In this document: positions 15,445 to 24,056 of the stretch, piece after piece
Layout of the letters: every line of letters starts with the position of its first letter
How positions within the stretch are numbered: position 1 is the first letter of the stretch
NCBI GenBank assembly: GCA_044228545.1
Contig: JBGAUR010000002.1
Coordinates: forward strand, 1 to 33,619
Length of the DNA: 33,619 bases
Source of the DNA: Minisyncoccia bacterium
Lineage (GTDB): Bacteria; Patescibacteriota; Minisyncoccia; Phycocordibacterales; UBA9973
Reading direction: 5' to 3'
Notes under the pieces: generated by a model
What the model was told of the DNA's origin: nothing
What the model saw: the letters and a program-made list of their open reading frames with translations, nothing else
Databases searched by the model: none
Position numbers and translations under genes: made by a program

Positions 15445-16317
15445 TTAAGTTGAGTGTCCACTAAATTTTCTAGCTCCTCCAATATTCAATAATTTCACAG
15501 GATCATCCCATTCACTTCGTAACGGTATCTTGTTACCATAATGCTGTTTACTATCGTAAATAGCCGCTTTACGTAAAATTTCCATTGCTTTGTTCTCATG
15601 CTCAGTTGCAAGCGAAAGTTCTTCTAAGTGCCTATAAATACGTGCTGAAACAGACCGTTTAATATAATCCCAGTAAGGTTCTGGTACTTCCATATAACTA
15701 TCCGCTGCCAATGTTGTAGCTTTTTGTGCATACATGAAATAAATCTTTTGCGTTGTAGTACTCCATGGAAACACAAAATACTTTTTAATTGCACCTAGAG
15801 GGAGTTTTACTTCTACTTCCCAAAACCTACCCACTGAAGGCTCTTTACCAACCCTTTGATCCTCTTTAAAGTAAGGAGTATCTTTCACCATCATTTGAGC
15901 AATTTTATTGTAGTCTGTTGGTACTTCATACATCAAAAATACACGCTCTGAAGCCTCATGGTTACGATCAATGTCTGCTGTGGTTATTGTAAGAGTTGTT
16001 GTACCGTTATTTGCTGTAAATTCGATAATATCGTAGTCACACATTACACGGCCAGTTGAACCCCAATTCGCAGTGCTACCTAAAACCATACTAGTTGCTG
16101 CTGTAGTAAACGCAGTCGTTACCGTAGAATTCGGATAAATATATTGTGTTTTAGGTTTCATCCGAAACGTCCACGCACGGTGATTGATAAAAAAAGCATT
16201 GGCCTCATTCATATATTGAAGCACAGCATCAGAAGAGGTACCTTCATTATCGTTATCCTCTGAAAGTCCAAACTCCTGCATTAAAGCAGTCCTGAATGCG
16301 GACACTAGTATAGCCAT
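15445..16317 (-). CDS. Virion structural protein (290 aa), candidate head-tail adaptor
   Basis: ORF track entry. The call is positional only. Confidence 0.35.
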   Translation of the reverse strand: MAILVSAFRTALMQEFGLSEDNDNEGTSSDAVLQYMNEANAFFINHRAWTFRMKPKTQYIYPNSTVTTAFTTAATSMVLGSTANWGSTGRVMCDYDIIEFTANNGTTTLTITTADIDRNHEASERVFLMYEVPTDYNKIAQMMVKDTPYFKEDQRVGKEPSVGRFWEVEVKLPLGAIKKYFVFPWSTTTQKIYFMYAQKATTLAADSYMEVPEPYWDYIKRSVSARIYRHLEELSLATEHENKAMEILRKAAIYDSKQHYGNKIPLRSEWDDPVKLLNIGGARKFSGHST

Positions 16318-16343
16318 TTGTCAAAATATTTTATATAGTACAC

Positions 16344-16466
16344 TTATTTTTTCTTTCCTTTTTTCTTCATACGCATTTTGTTCTCCATGGCATAGAAAAT
16401 ACTTTTACCTTTTTTCTTGCCATATTCTTTCTTCATGGCTTGCATCATTTTTTCATTGATTGGCAT
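16344..16466 (-). CDS. Tiny lysine-rich basic protein (40 aa, MPINEKMMQAMKKEYGKKKGK...KKKGKKK)
   Basis: Hand-translated; ATG at 16466 and TAA at 16344-16346. Confidence 0.45.
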   Translation of the reverse strand: MPINEKMMQAMKKEYGKKKGKSIFYAMENKMRMKKKGKKK

Positions 16467-16483
16467 ATAAAATTAATTAAATA

Positions 16484-16777
16484 TTATCCTTTACCTGGAG
16501 TAAACTTTGCATATCCTTTACCTTTTTTAGTACCTACAGATACACCTGGCAAGCTTCTCATAACACCACTTCCAATTTTAGGCATTTTTTCATTTGTAAG
16601 TGCAGCCCAACCTTGATCTGCACCATGCCTCTGCATTCTTTTTTTACGCAATTCATTGATGACTGCGTTTCCTACTCCTCCTGAATAAAGCATAGATTTA
16701 AAAATTATTGAGATAAAAACTTCATTGCTGCCTCTTAAATAAGAAGCAGAGGTGAAACTTTTAGCATTTTTTCCCAC
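16484..16777 (-). CDS. Basic Gly/Lys-rich protein (97 codons from GTG 16777)
   Basis: ORF track entry. An upstream ATG at 16796 is one nucleotide out of frame across an A6 run (plus-strand T6 at 16767-16772). Confidence 0.5.
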   Translation of the reverse strand: MGKNAKSFTSASYLRGSNEVFISIIFKSMLYSGGVGNAVINELRKKRMQRHGADQGWAALTNEKMPKIGSGVMRSLPGVSVGTKKGKGYAKFTPGKG

Positions 16778-16813
16778 CTTTTTTCTTTTTAGCCATAAAA
16801 AAGTTATTAAGAT

Positions 16814-16957
16814 TTAAGCTGTATATTTGGCTTTGTTATAAGGCACGGTAGGCTTTGGCACTAGTTTATATTTACCACTTTTCTTGTCTTTTTTTGTCAT
16901 TACAACATTAGATTTTTTGAGTACCATATTTACCTTTTTTTGAGACATTTTAGGCAT
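16814..16957 (-). CDS. Tiny lysine-rich basic protein (47 aa, MPKMSQKKVNMVLKKSNVVMTKKDKKSGKYK...)
   Basis: Hand-translated; ATG at 16957 and TAA at 16814-16816. Confidence 0.45.
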   Translation of the reverse strand: MPKMSQKKVNMVLKKSNVVMTKKDKKSGKYKLVPKPTVPYNKAKYTA

Positions 16958-16959
16958 AT

Positions 16960-17148
16960 TTATTTATTAAGTTCTATTTTATATCTGCTTACTTCCCGCT
17001 CAAAACCTTCCAAAGCTGTAATCCTGCGTTCATGTTCATTGACTATTTGCGAATACTGACCACCATAAAAAACTATTGATGCAAATGTCAAAACTGCTAA
17101 AGCTATTTGAAGAAAATATTTAAGGTCTTGTTTTGCTTGATGAGACAT
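16960..17148 (-). CDS. Small membrane-anchored protein (62 aa)
   Basis: One hydrophobic helix (FLQIALAVLTFASIVFYGG) followed by a charged helical tail. Confidence 0.55.
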   Translation of the reverse strand: MSHQAKQDLKYFLQIALAVLTFASIVFYGGQYSQIVNEHERRITALEGFEREVSRYKIELNK

Positions 17149-17163
17149 ATTAAAAATATAAAA

Positions 17164-19233
17164 TTAAAATTGCCATCGGCTTTTCATCAAAGCTAAGTGG
17201 GCGTAAGCGTCTGCTTCATTGATTGCTTCTTGTTTAACATCGACTTCATAAATTCCACCGTCAAGAAATTGCCAATAAGCACTGCCTCCATTGGCCCATC
17301 CACAACCCAAAGTTGTTTCATTAGTACCTGTTTGAGTGAAGGTAGCATTCGTAAATGGTGAACTAAATACTGATCCATGGAGTCCATCCATAGACATATA
17401 AGCAATCCCATTCCTGCGCCACATATAAACAACATGGATAGTATTAATCGTCATCGTGCCACCACCCAAACCATTACTATTTTGAATCATCCAAGCTCCA
17501 CTATTATTAAGTAGATAACCACTATTCGCACCATTGTATTGAATACCAATTCTATTTGGAGTCCCATGATGTGAAGTTTCAATGAAAGACATACCACTTG
17601 TTGTACTTGATCTAAAACAAGTAATGGCTATTGTAAAATCCTGTAATGGATTAACTAAAAGTGAGTTCATCACTAGCTTTTGCGAGCTTGCAGCTGTAAA
17701 ACCTATATAACGTTCACCATTGCCATCAGTCCCATATGTTGGTTTATTTGCTGAAGCAGCAAAATCTAAAACACCACCGATTTTATCTATCCAGTGTGTA
17801 ACGCCCGAAGAATCTGTAACTCCAGAATCAGCTTGCCATGATTTCGTAAAACCTAAATCTTTTGTAGGATCAGCATCATAAACTTCAGTAATTGATCTAA
17901 CAATATTGAAGTCAACTGTTACAGGAGCGGTAGCTGTAAACGGTACAACACGTGGAACACCTTCTTTGATAACTTGGAGATACCCACTTGTTGAAGTGAG
18001 TGGAGTGAATTTATATCTTTGAGCGTGATTATCCCATTGTAATTCGCCAGCATGATCTTTACCACCTGCGCCAGCTGTACTTTTAGGATTGGTAGTTGTA
18101 CCAGTCCATGCCTCAAAAAGTTTTGTTTTCATCAAGCCTGGCAAACGTAAATCGCCAGCCGGAGATTTTTGCGGCATCGTCCACTCAGCAGCATTGGCTA
18201 AAAGGTATGGGAAGAAAAATCTTTCAGCATTGATCTCGCTAGTGCCGTTGACACCATCGGCGTGTAAAATTCTATTTGAGTCACCTGTTTGAGTAATGCA
18301 GATATGTACTTTGGCTTTAGCGTTTGGAATTGCCTGTAAAGCATTTTTTAAACGGGTAATCGACCCCAAACCCTCTGTTTCATCATAATCGCCTAAAAGC
18401 CAAACATGAGGGCCTCCAGGGATTGCTACAATGCGAGCTATAGCATCAATAACATTGCGTACAAGATATTGATCTAGACTTGCCGCACCTGCCGTTAAAC
18501 GAACATCGCCGCCTGGTTGCACTTGAGCAGCTATCGTTGTACGAATTGCAGAACCTTGTTTAGCATAATAAGAATCCTCAGCGTCATAGCCAATATCATA
18601 ATTCGGGAAAAACACTGCCGCCCCTAAACATCTATCAGGAAACCGTGCAGCAAAATTTAAAGCATCCAGACCCCCTGTTGAATATCCGATAGCAATAGCA
18701 GGAGCATTACCTTTAAAAGTCCCGTCACTATTCGTTGCGTATCCAAAAACATTACTGCCAACTGCATTTGTTGCGTGGTCGAGAATATCAAGCGCATCTA
18801 TACCATCACGGGCATAATCAATCGTACCTAAGTTGCCTCTGCCACGGGTTTGCATCTTAATAACAAGCGGAGCGCGGCCACTGGCAGGATCAACATACCC
18901 AGCCATTCTTTGAGCTAAAGCATCAGAAAAAGTAGACCGCCCACTTTGCCCAAACCCTGCAAATAATAATGTTGGAACTAATTTTGAAGCTCCAGCATGT
19001 CCAGTATCATGACAACGTTTATATCCTAAATTTGTGATTGAAGAATCAATCGAACTCGTCACGGTCGTAACGTCAACTTCCGTATAAGTACCACTGGCTC
19101 CAGTAGTTGGAATTGCTACTGTTGGATCAGTCGGTGGTACATAAGCATATTTTTGGTATGCTGCCGCTGGCATGAGTCCCATAACATCTTGCGTGGCACT
19201 ACCTAGACCAATTGATTGAGAAGGAAACGACAT
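17164..19233 (-). CDS. Virion-module protein (689 aa) with an alpha/beta-hydrolase (serine esterase-like) domain and a C-terminal lectin/LamG-like beta-sandwich region
   Basis: GxSxG nucleophile elbow (IGYSTGG, encoded near 18672-18690) in an alpha/beta-type context. The C-terminal third, about 230 aa, is beta-rich with W/Y/G/N-rich segments. By eye this gene is more G+C-rich than the early genes. Confidence 0.55.
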   Translation of the reverse strand: MSFPSQSIGLGSATQDVMGLMPAAAYQKYAYVPPTDPTVAIPTTGASGTYTEVDVTTVTSSIDSSITNLGYKRCHDTGHAGASKLVPTLLFAGFGQSGRSTFSDALAQRMAGYVDPASGRAPLVIKMQTRGRGNLGTIDYARDGIDALDILDHATNAVGSNVFGYATNSDGTFKGNAPAIAIGYSTGGLDALNFAARFPDRCLGAAVFFPNYDIGYDAEDSYYAKQGSAIRTTIAAQVQPGGDVRLTAGAASLDQYLVRNVIDAIARIVAIPGGPHVWLLGDYDETEGLGSITRLKNALQAIPNAKAKVHICITQTGDSNRILHADGVNGTSEINAERFFFPYLLANAAEWTMPQKSPAGDLRLPGLMKTKLFEAWTGTTTNPKSTAGAGGKDHAGELQWDNHAQRYKFTPLTSTSGYLQVIKEGVPRVVPFTATAPVTVDFNIVRSITEVYDADPTKDLGFTKSWQADSGVTDSSGVTHWIDKIGGVLDFAASANKPTYGTDGNGERYIGFTAASSQKLVMNSLLVNPLQDFTIAITCFRSSTTSGMSFIETSHHGTPNRIGIQYNGANSGYLLNNSGAWMIQNSNGLGGGTMTINTIHVVYMWRRNGIAYMSMDGLHGSVFSSPFTNATFTQTGTNETTLGCGWANGGSAYWQFLDGGIYEVDVKQEAINEADAYAHLALMKSRWQF

Positions 19234-19236
19234 AAA

Positions 19237-19983
19237 TTAAGAGTTTATATAATCAGTATAAGCAATATTGACACTTCCTGAAGAGGAAAGAACCTTTAAA
19301 GCCTCTTGTGAATGCCACGAAAAAGCCACGCCTGCAGCAACCTTCAAAAAACTAGAAGTAACAGTGCCAGTACCAAAATAAACATCTACAGATCCATTAT
19401 TTTGGCATTGTGTGAAATATCTATTAACATTAGCAGCCACCACTTGCGTACCACCAGCAGTAGTATCAACAGCCTGAGTACCACTAGATGTTGTAGTTGC
19501 AGCGGCACTTTGTACTTCACCAATTGAGATTGAGCCTGGATTCAAAGTTACGCCACTTGATCTTGCTTTATAAGAAGTGATTGTTTGTGAAGTACCTGCT
19601 GTTTTTTTGCGTATTATTAAAAGACCTGTGAAATAATCACATGCCCATTGACCATCCTCAGTGAGTTTTGCCGCCGTTAGAGTAAATCTATCGTTTTCGT
19701 TAGCACTATAAACAAATCCAACCTCTTTGGTTGAATCCATTACACCCGTTGTAAATGAAATCGAAGTGGAAAGTGCGTTACCTGTATACTCACCTTCACG
19801 GTCTCCCATTAAACTAAGTACTGGACTCCTAGCCAGTTGACCATACACTATAGTACCAGCCGCTTCACCGCTATCTGTGGCTCCTGCGGTAGTTTTAAAC
19901 GTGACTACTTCAGGTGGAACTGTGTCTATACTTTTCCCTACGTCTACTCTGACAGGGGTTTTGTTGTTTCCTGAGTTGAACAT
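19237..19983 (-). CDS. Ser/Thr/Gly-rich virion structural protein (248 aa)
   Basis: ORF track entry. Its start overlaps the upstream gene by 40 nt. Confidence 0.55.
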   Translation of the reverse strand: MFNSGNNKTPVRVDVGKSIDTVPPEVVTFKTTAGATDSGEAAGTIVYGQLARSPVLSLMGDREGEYTGNALSTSISFTTGVMDSTKEVGFVYSANENDRFTLTAAKLTEDGQWACDYFTGLLIIRKKTAGTSQTITSYKARSSGVTLNPGSISIGEVQSAAATTTSSGTQAVDTTAGGTQVVAANVNRYFTQCQNNGSVDVYFGTGTVTSSFLKVAAGVAFSWHSQEALKVLSSSGSVNIAYTDYINS

Positions 19984-20294
19984 AAATTAGAATTTAAAAA
20001 ATCTATAAGACTTTGTTTATCGAATTTGTCTCCTGTATACCCTTTTTCTACAGCCATTTTTTTAAGAGTTTTAACATGCATTGATGCATAATCTTGTGTA
20101 ACTAATGATTCAACATTAGATGGCACTTCAACAACAATTTTCTTTTCAATCACTTCGGCTATTTCTACTTTATTTTTTTCAACTAAAGGCCGTTCCTTTT
20201 TAAACTTTCTTACCGCTCCAGTACCCATCATCCCCATAGGTAAATTGTTTTTTTGAACTACTTTAGTAGCTCCTGTTGACATAAATCCGAACAT
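19944..20294 (-). CDS. Small protein (116 aa) with a HeH/SAP-like (Rho-N-like) helix-extended-helix motif
   Basis: The segment VKTLKKMAVEKGYTGDKFDKQSLIDFL resembles HeH/SAP DNA-binding motifs. Confidence 0.45.
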   Translation of the reverse strand: MFGFMSTGATKVVQKNNLPMGMMGTGAVRKFKKERPLVEKNKVEIAEVIEKKIVVEVPSNVESLVTQDYASMHVKTLKKMAVEKGYTGDKFDKQSLIDFLNSNLCSTQETTKPLSE

Positions 20295-20331
20295 AATTTA
20301 TTTGGTTAAAATTTATTGATAATCTTATAGA

Positions 20332-20349
20332 GAGGCTTATAAAAGCCTC
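20332..20349 (-). terminator. Stem-loop immediately after the 252-aa structural gene (weak terminator or RNA stability element)
   Basis: A 7-bp stem pairs 20332-20338 with 20343-20349 around a 4-nt loop, 10 nt past the stop codon. No clean U-run follows. Confidence 0.3.
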
Positions 20350-20359
20350 CCATATAAAA

Positions 20360-21118
20360 CTACCCTTTGAAAGCTGGATAAGTATCGACTTGCCATTCAA
20401 CCAATACTGGTTGTTGAGGTGATGTGGTAGCTTGTAAATAAAAGAAGAAAGGTACAACAACATCAGTGCTGTCAAAAGTAAAAGCAGCGGTTGTAGTTGG
20501 AGCAACCCCATCTATTTTGTAAGTTACAACACCAGCAGCGGAAACGATAACCTCAAGCTCATGAGTTTCCCCATCAGCCCAGTTTTGAGTCGTGTCGGTA
20601 GTAGTGGTTGCAGCGTTATTAAGAATAGTTTCGATCTTAATATCACCACTTATTACATTGAGCGTTGCAGCATCGGTATAATCGTCAAAGTTAGCCGTAT
20701 AAGCAGCAGCTTTACGGAAACCGATAGCGCAATCATCCGTACCAGAAACGTCTGGTAAAGTGAATTTAACACGGAAATGGAAAGGTCCATCCGTTCCAAT
20801 CGTGTAAGCGTGTTTAGCTCCCGTTGTAATACCTTGTGTAATTTCAACACCATCGTTGTCAGTTTGATCCATACCAATATCAAGACCTCCGGCAACTTTA
20901 CTTGGCGCTAAAATTGTCTGAGTACCTTTAATATGATACTCAAACGCTGTTTGTGGAAACAACATCAAATTTGTGTCTCCAGTTGAACCAGTAGCAGCGC
21001 CGCCAGCAAGTTTTGAAGTAACAGGATTTGATTGAAATGTTTCATATGTACCCTTGTGAAGTAGTTGGCGATTTACTACCAAATCTTTTTCAAGAGTTAA
21101 TGATCTGTCAGTAGACAT
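20360..21118 (-). CDS. Beta-rich virion structural protein (252 aa) directly downstream of the major capsid gene
   Basis: ORF track entry. The function was not recognised. Confidence 0.55.
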   Translation of the reverse strand: MSTDRSLTLEKDLVVNRQLLHKGTYETFQSNPVTSKLAGGAATGSTGDTNLMLFPQTAFEYHIKGTQTILAPSKVAGGLDIGMDQTDNDGVEITQGITTGAKHAYTIGTDGPFHFRVKFTLPDVSGTDDCAIGFRKAAAYTANFDDYTDAATLNVISGDIKIETILNNAATTTTDTTQNWADGETHELEVIVSAAGVVTYKIDGVAPTTTAAFTFDSTDVVVPFFFYLQATTSPQQPVLVEWQVDTYPAFKG

Positions 21119-21139
21119 ATATGTTTAAGAGGTTAAATA

Positions 21140-22075
21140 TTAGTAAGTACCAGTTGTACCGTCAGAACCGATAATGCCGATAGGTGAACTCCAACCAGTG
21201 GATTCACGATAAGAAGCATCATAGTAACCAACGTTTTTACGTGATTGTTCCCATGGGGTGTATCGAGTAGAAACACCTTCACGAACAAATCTCTTCAAAT
21301 AAAGCATTTCAGATAAAAGGAACCACGCATCATCGTTACCACCTTGTGAGGTAGCAAGATAAGGAGATTGTTTTACCATGATGTTGTATTTGGAAGAGAA
21401 AACGTTTGGAGCGTTGTTATTCGTAAACGGTTCCAATTCAGCTTCAGTAAGTTTTACAGCTCGGCTGAAGTTTTTTGGAGCTACCAAAAGGATTTTAGGT
21501 ATGTTAGGAATCAAAATACCTGAATGAGCGTTCTGCTCAGTAAGCATCTGGATAGCCTCGTCAAGAATATCCTCGCCATTAAGTTTAGAAGTGAGTTTAT
21601 TGCTCAAATCAGTACCGTAATCTCGCGGATGGTCGGTATCGAAAAGCGGTTGACCGTCAGCACCAACAAAAGAAGAACTAAAACCGTTATTCAAAACAGA
21701 AAAAGCGTTCTTGTATTGAGTGTGTTTAGCAGCGATAGCCAATTGAGTAACCGCATTTTTAACGATTCCATAAAGGTTATCGTCAAGATACCTTTTAGAG
21801 ACTGGTACACCATTGGCGAACTCAGCATGTGTGTAAGTAGTCTTGTATTTCTCTGAAATGAAATCCTCATTGATGTCTTCAAGTTCACCACGTTCTGGGA
21901 ACTCACCAACACCCTTCATTTCAAGATCAAATTCTTGTGCTTTTTTGGAAGATTCGGTTTTGAAAATGTCTTCCAAGCTAGCATATGCAGGAGGGAGTTT
22001 TGAGCCGAAAGTATCGAAAAACACTTCGTTCAACCCCTCCAGTAATGTTTCGGGATTTAAGGCGGATGATAACAT
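21140..22075 (-). CDS. Major capsid protein (HK97-fold type, 311 aa)
   Basis: Its size and its position after the scaffold and decoration-like genes match the lambda-like scaffold - D - E gene order. Sequence character is typical of capsid proteins. No search was run. Confidence 0.7.
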   Translation of the reverse strand: MLSSALNPETLLEGLNEVFFDTFGSKLPPAYASLEDIFKTESSKKAQEFDLEMKGVGEFPERGELEDINEDFISEKYKTTYTHAEFANGVPVSKRYLDDNLYGIVKNAVTQLAIAAKHTQYKNAFSVLNNGFSSSFVGADGQPLFDTDHPRDYGTDLSNKLTSKLNGEDILDEAIQMLTEQNAHSGILIPNIPKILLVAPKNFSRAVKLTEAELEPFTNNNAPNVFSSKYNIMVKQSPYLATSQGGNDDAWFLLSEMLYLKRFVREGVSTRYTPWEQSRKNVGYYDASYRESTGWSSPIGIIGSDGTTGTY

Positions 22076-22099
22076 AAATTATTATTATAGAGTTAAAGA

Positions 22100-22552
22100 T
22101 TAAGCTGAGATATAGGTTGATTTGTCGATTTGGAAATAAACTTCATTGCGATCAGTGTTATAATCACGAATAAGAAATACACCACTTGATGTATCATTTT
22201 CATCGATTGTTTGAACGCTAGAAGTAACATCCAAAGTTACTTTGGTATTCTTTATAGTACTTGCAAGATTAGCTGAGGTTGTAGGATGACCGACAAATTC
22301 AGCATCAGCAGCATCTACAACATAAACAACACCGTCAGCTGACGCAGAGTTAGTGTCATTAGATACAGCTAAACCAACCCAAACAGAACTATTACTAGCT
22401 CCATTTGCTGGAAGCACTACGTATTCTTCATCGCCAGCAGAGTCTTGAATAACAAGCTCTCCAGCACTAATAGCAGTTTGACCTGCTTTTGTAGCGTAAG
22501 GACGTGCGCCCCATCTGTGGCCGTCTTTAACGCGGAAATCTCCTCGTGACAT
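22100..22552 (-). CDS. Head decoration-like / capsid accessory protein (150 aa)
   Basis: Small beta-rich protein immediately upstream of the major capsid gene. The call is positional. Confidence 0.4.
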   Translation of the reverse strand: MSRGDFRVKDGHRWGARPYATKAGQTAISAGELVIQDSAGDEEYVVLPANGASNSSVWVGLAVSNDTNSASADGVVYVVDAADAEFVGHPTTSANLASTIKNTKVTLDVTSSVQTIDENDTSSGVFLIRDYNTDRNEVYFQIDKSTYISA

Positions 22553-22569
22553 AAATTATAGATTATAAA

Positions 22570-23415
22570 TTAAGAATATTGTTGAAGCGTTTTTTTAGCG
22601 CCGATTCCCTCTAAGAAACTCAATTCCTCCGCGGTCTTTTGTGTTTTCTTAGAAACGCTTCCTCGGGAACCTGTTGAAGGTATAGCTCCGGCAAGTTTTT
22701 TTGATTGAAGATTTTGCCAAGCTTTCTCTTCGCGCTGGTTAATGTCCTCTTTGATCCCTTCCTTATATTTGATGTATTCCCACGCCTCATTAAGGGTAAG
22801 ATCAGTTTTGTTGAAGAGTTCCCATGTTTTCTCTTCAGCTTTACCTTTAAACTCAGGATTCTGTTCTTTGAATTGCGTTATAAATGTCTCAGCTTCGGCT
22901 TTTTCCTTTTCTGATAATTTAGTCTGCAATTCTTGAACAGTTTTTTTGAGCGGATCTATCTCTTTCTCCATAAGAGCTTTTGACTCGTCTGGTAAAGATG
23001 ATTTCTCAATGTGGGCTTTCAACTCATCATAATTTTTGATTCCTGCTTTTTTACAGGACTCATCATTTTTGATGATACGATCTGCAAGTGCCTTATTCTT
23101 TTCGGCTAGCGTATGTATATAACTTGGATCTTGTTCAATACGATCTTTCGCTATAGTTTCCGCTTGGCTTAAAGTTTCCGATACTTGTCGATCTTTTTCT
23201 TTTTGAAGGTCTTTGTACCGTTTCTCCCAATCAGTCGGGGTGTCGTCTTTTTCAGACGGTTCCTCCTTTTTAGGTTCCTGTGCCTTCGAAGCCTGTGCCT
23301 TTTCGTTAGCCTTTATCATGGCATCGAACTTGCTTTCTTGAGGCTGGTTTACAGGTTCTTTGGCCTCACTAGTCGCTACTGGAGCGGTATCAGCAAGGTT
23401 TGTATCGTCATTCAT
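22570..23415 (-). CDS. Scaffolding protein (281 aa)
   Basis: Highly charged Glu/Lys-rich helical, coiled-coil composition. Lies between the portal region and the capsid genes. Confidence 0.6.
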   Translation of the reverse strand: MNDDTNLADTAPVATSEAKEPVNQPQESKFDAMIKANEKAQASKAQEPKKEEPSEKDDTPTDWEKRYKDLQKEKDRQVSETLSQAETIAKDRIEQDPSYIHTLAEKNKALADRIIKNDESCKKAGIKNYDELKAHIEKSSLPDESKALMEKEIDPLKKTVQELQTKLSEKEKAEAETFITQFKEQNPEFKGKAEEKTWELFNKTDLTLNEAWEYIKYKEGIKEDINQREEKAWQNLQSKKLAGAIPSTGSRGSVSKKTQKTAEELSFLEGIGAKKTLQQYS

Positions 23416-23498
23416 ATTTTGAGATTTAGATAAATAAAAATCCCCTTATTGCTAAGAGGATATTTCCCATTTAACTAGGTTGAAGCCAGGGCAGCGAC

Positions 23499-23529
23499 AA
23501 AAAAGCTAAATAGGATATATCCTATTAGC
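23499..23529 (-). terminator. Rho-independent terminator between the portal-proximal genes and the scaffold gene
   Basis: The hairpin contains the perfect 18-bp palindrome AATAGGATATATCCTATT (23509-23526). On the minus strand it is followed by UUUUUU (plus-strand A-run at 23499-23504). An outer inverted repeat pairs CCAGGGC (23486-23492) with GCCCTGG (23530-23536). Confidence 0.55.
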
Positions 23530-23552
23530 GCCCTGGAATGAATTGTCAAGTA

Positions 23553-23912
23553 CTACTTCTTAACTTCATTCATTCCTTTAATGTCCTGTCCTGAAATGTA
23601 AAACCATGTATCTTTAATTGTTTGCTTCATTTTAGATTCCTTCTTCTCTTTTATCAAGCCGTTTTTTTTAATAATTTCAAAGTCTTGCATGATTTCTCCA
23701 TAGAGTTCTAATTTCTCCTGTAAACCTGGTAGTTCTTCTTTTGTACACTTAGCCAATTGTCGTGATATTTTATTGATTTTGTAATAAAAATACTTCTTTT
23801 GCACACGCCATACTTCGGCATTCTTACGCATGAAATCACAAATAGTCATTTTCTCTTCGTCTGTTAAAACGACTTCTTCGGACGGTGCAAATATTCTATC
23901 TAGTATTTTCAT
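23553..23912 (-). CDS. Hypothetical protein (119 aa)
   Basis: ORF track entry, lying between the portal gene and the scaffold gene. Confidence 0.6.
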   Translation of the reverse strand: MKILDRIFAPSEEVVLTDEEKMTICDFMRKNAEVWRVQKKYFYYKINKISRQLAKCTKEELPGLQEKLELYGEIMQDFEIIKKNGLIKEKKESKMKQTIKDTWFYISGQDIKGMNEVKK

Positions 23913-23919
23913 TAAAAAT

Positions 23920-24054
23920 TTATAATTTAATTAATTCCCATTTTCCGTTCACAATTTTCCAAACCCTATTTTTCTTATGAAAATAAAATAATATTTTACC
24001 GATAACTCTACCTACGCACAATGCAATAAATGTCCAAATTATAAATTCTTCCAT
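23920..24054 (-). CDS. Small membrane protein (44 aa, MEEFIIWTFIALCVGRVIGKILFYF...)
   Basis: Hand-translated; ATG at 24054 and TAA at 23920-23922. One hydrophobic helix. Confidence 0.4.
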   Translation of the reverse strand: MEEFIIWTFIALCVGRVIGKILFYFHKKNRVWKIVNGKWELIKL

Positions 24055-24056
24055 AA

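Noticed and set aside
40-21912. Minus-strand alternative-frame ORFs nested in larger genes or regulatory DNA: 40..225, 3786..4025, 4223..4429, 10147..10332, 12138..12374, 14071..14265, 17193..17435, 17919..18116, 20263..20511, 20653..20895 and 21691..21912
   Set aside because: Each is fully or largely contained in a longer ORF with better coding character. The exception is 4223..4429, which spans the operator and promoter region. There is no evidence of programmed frameshifting into them.
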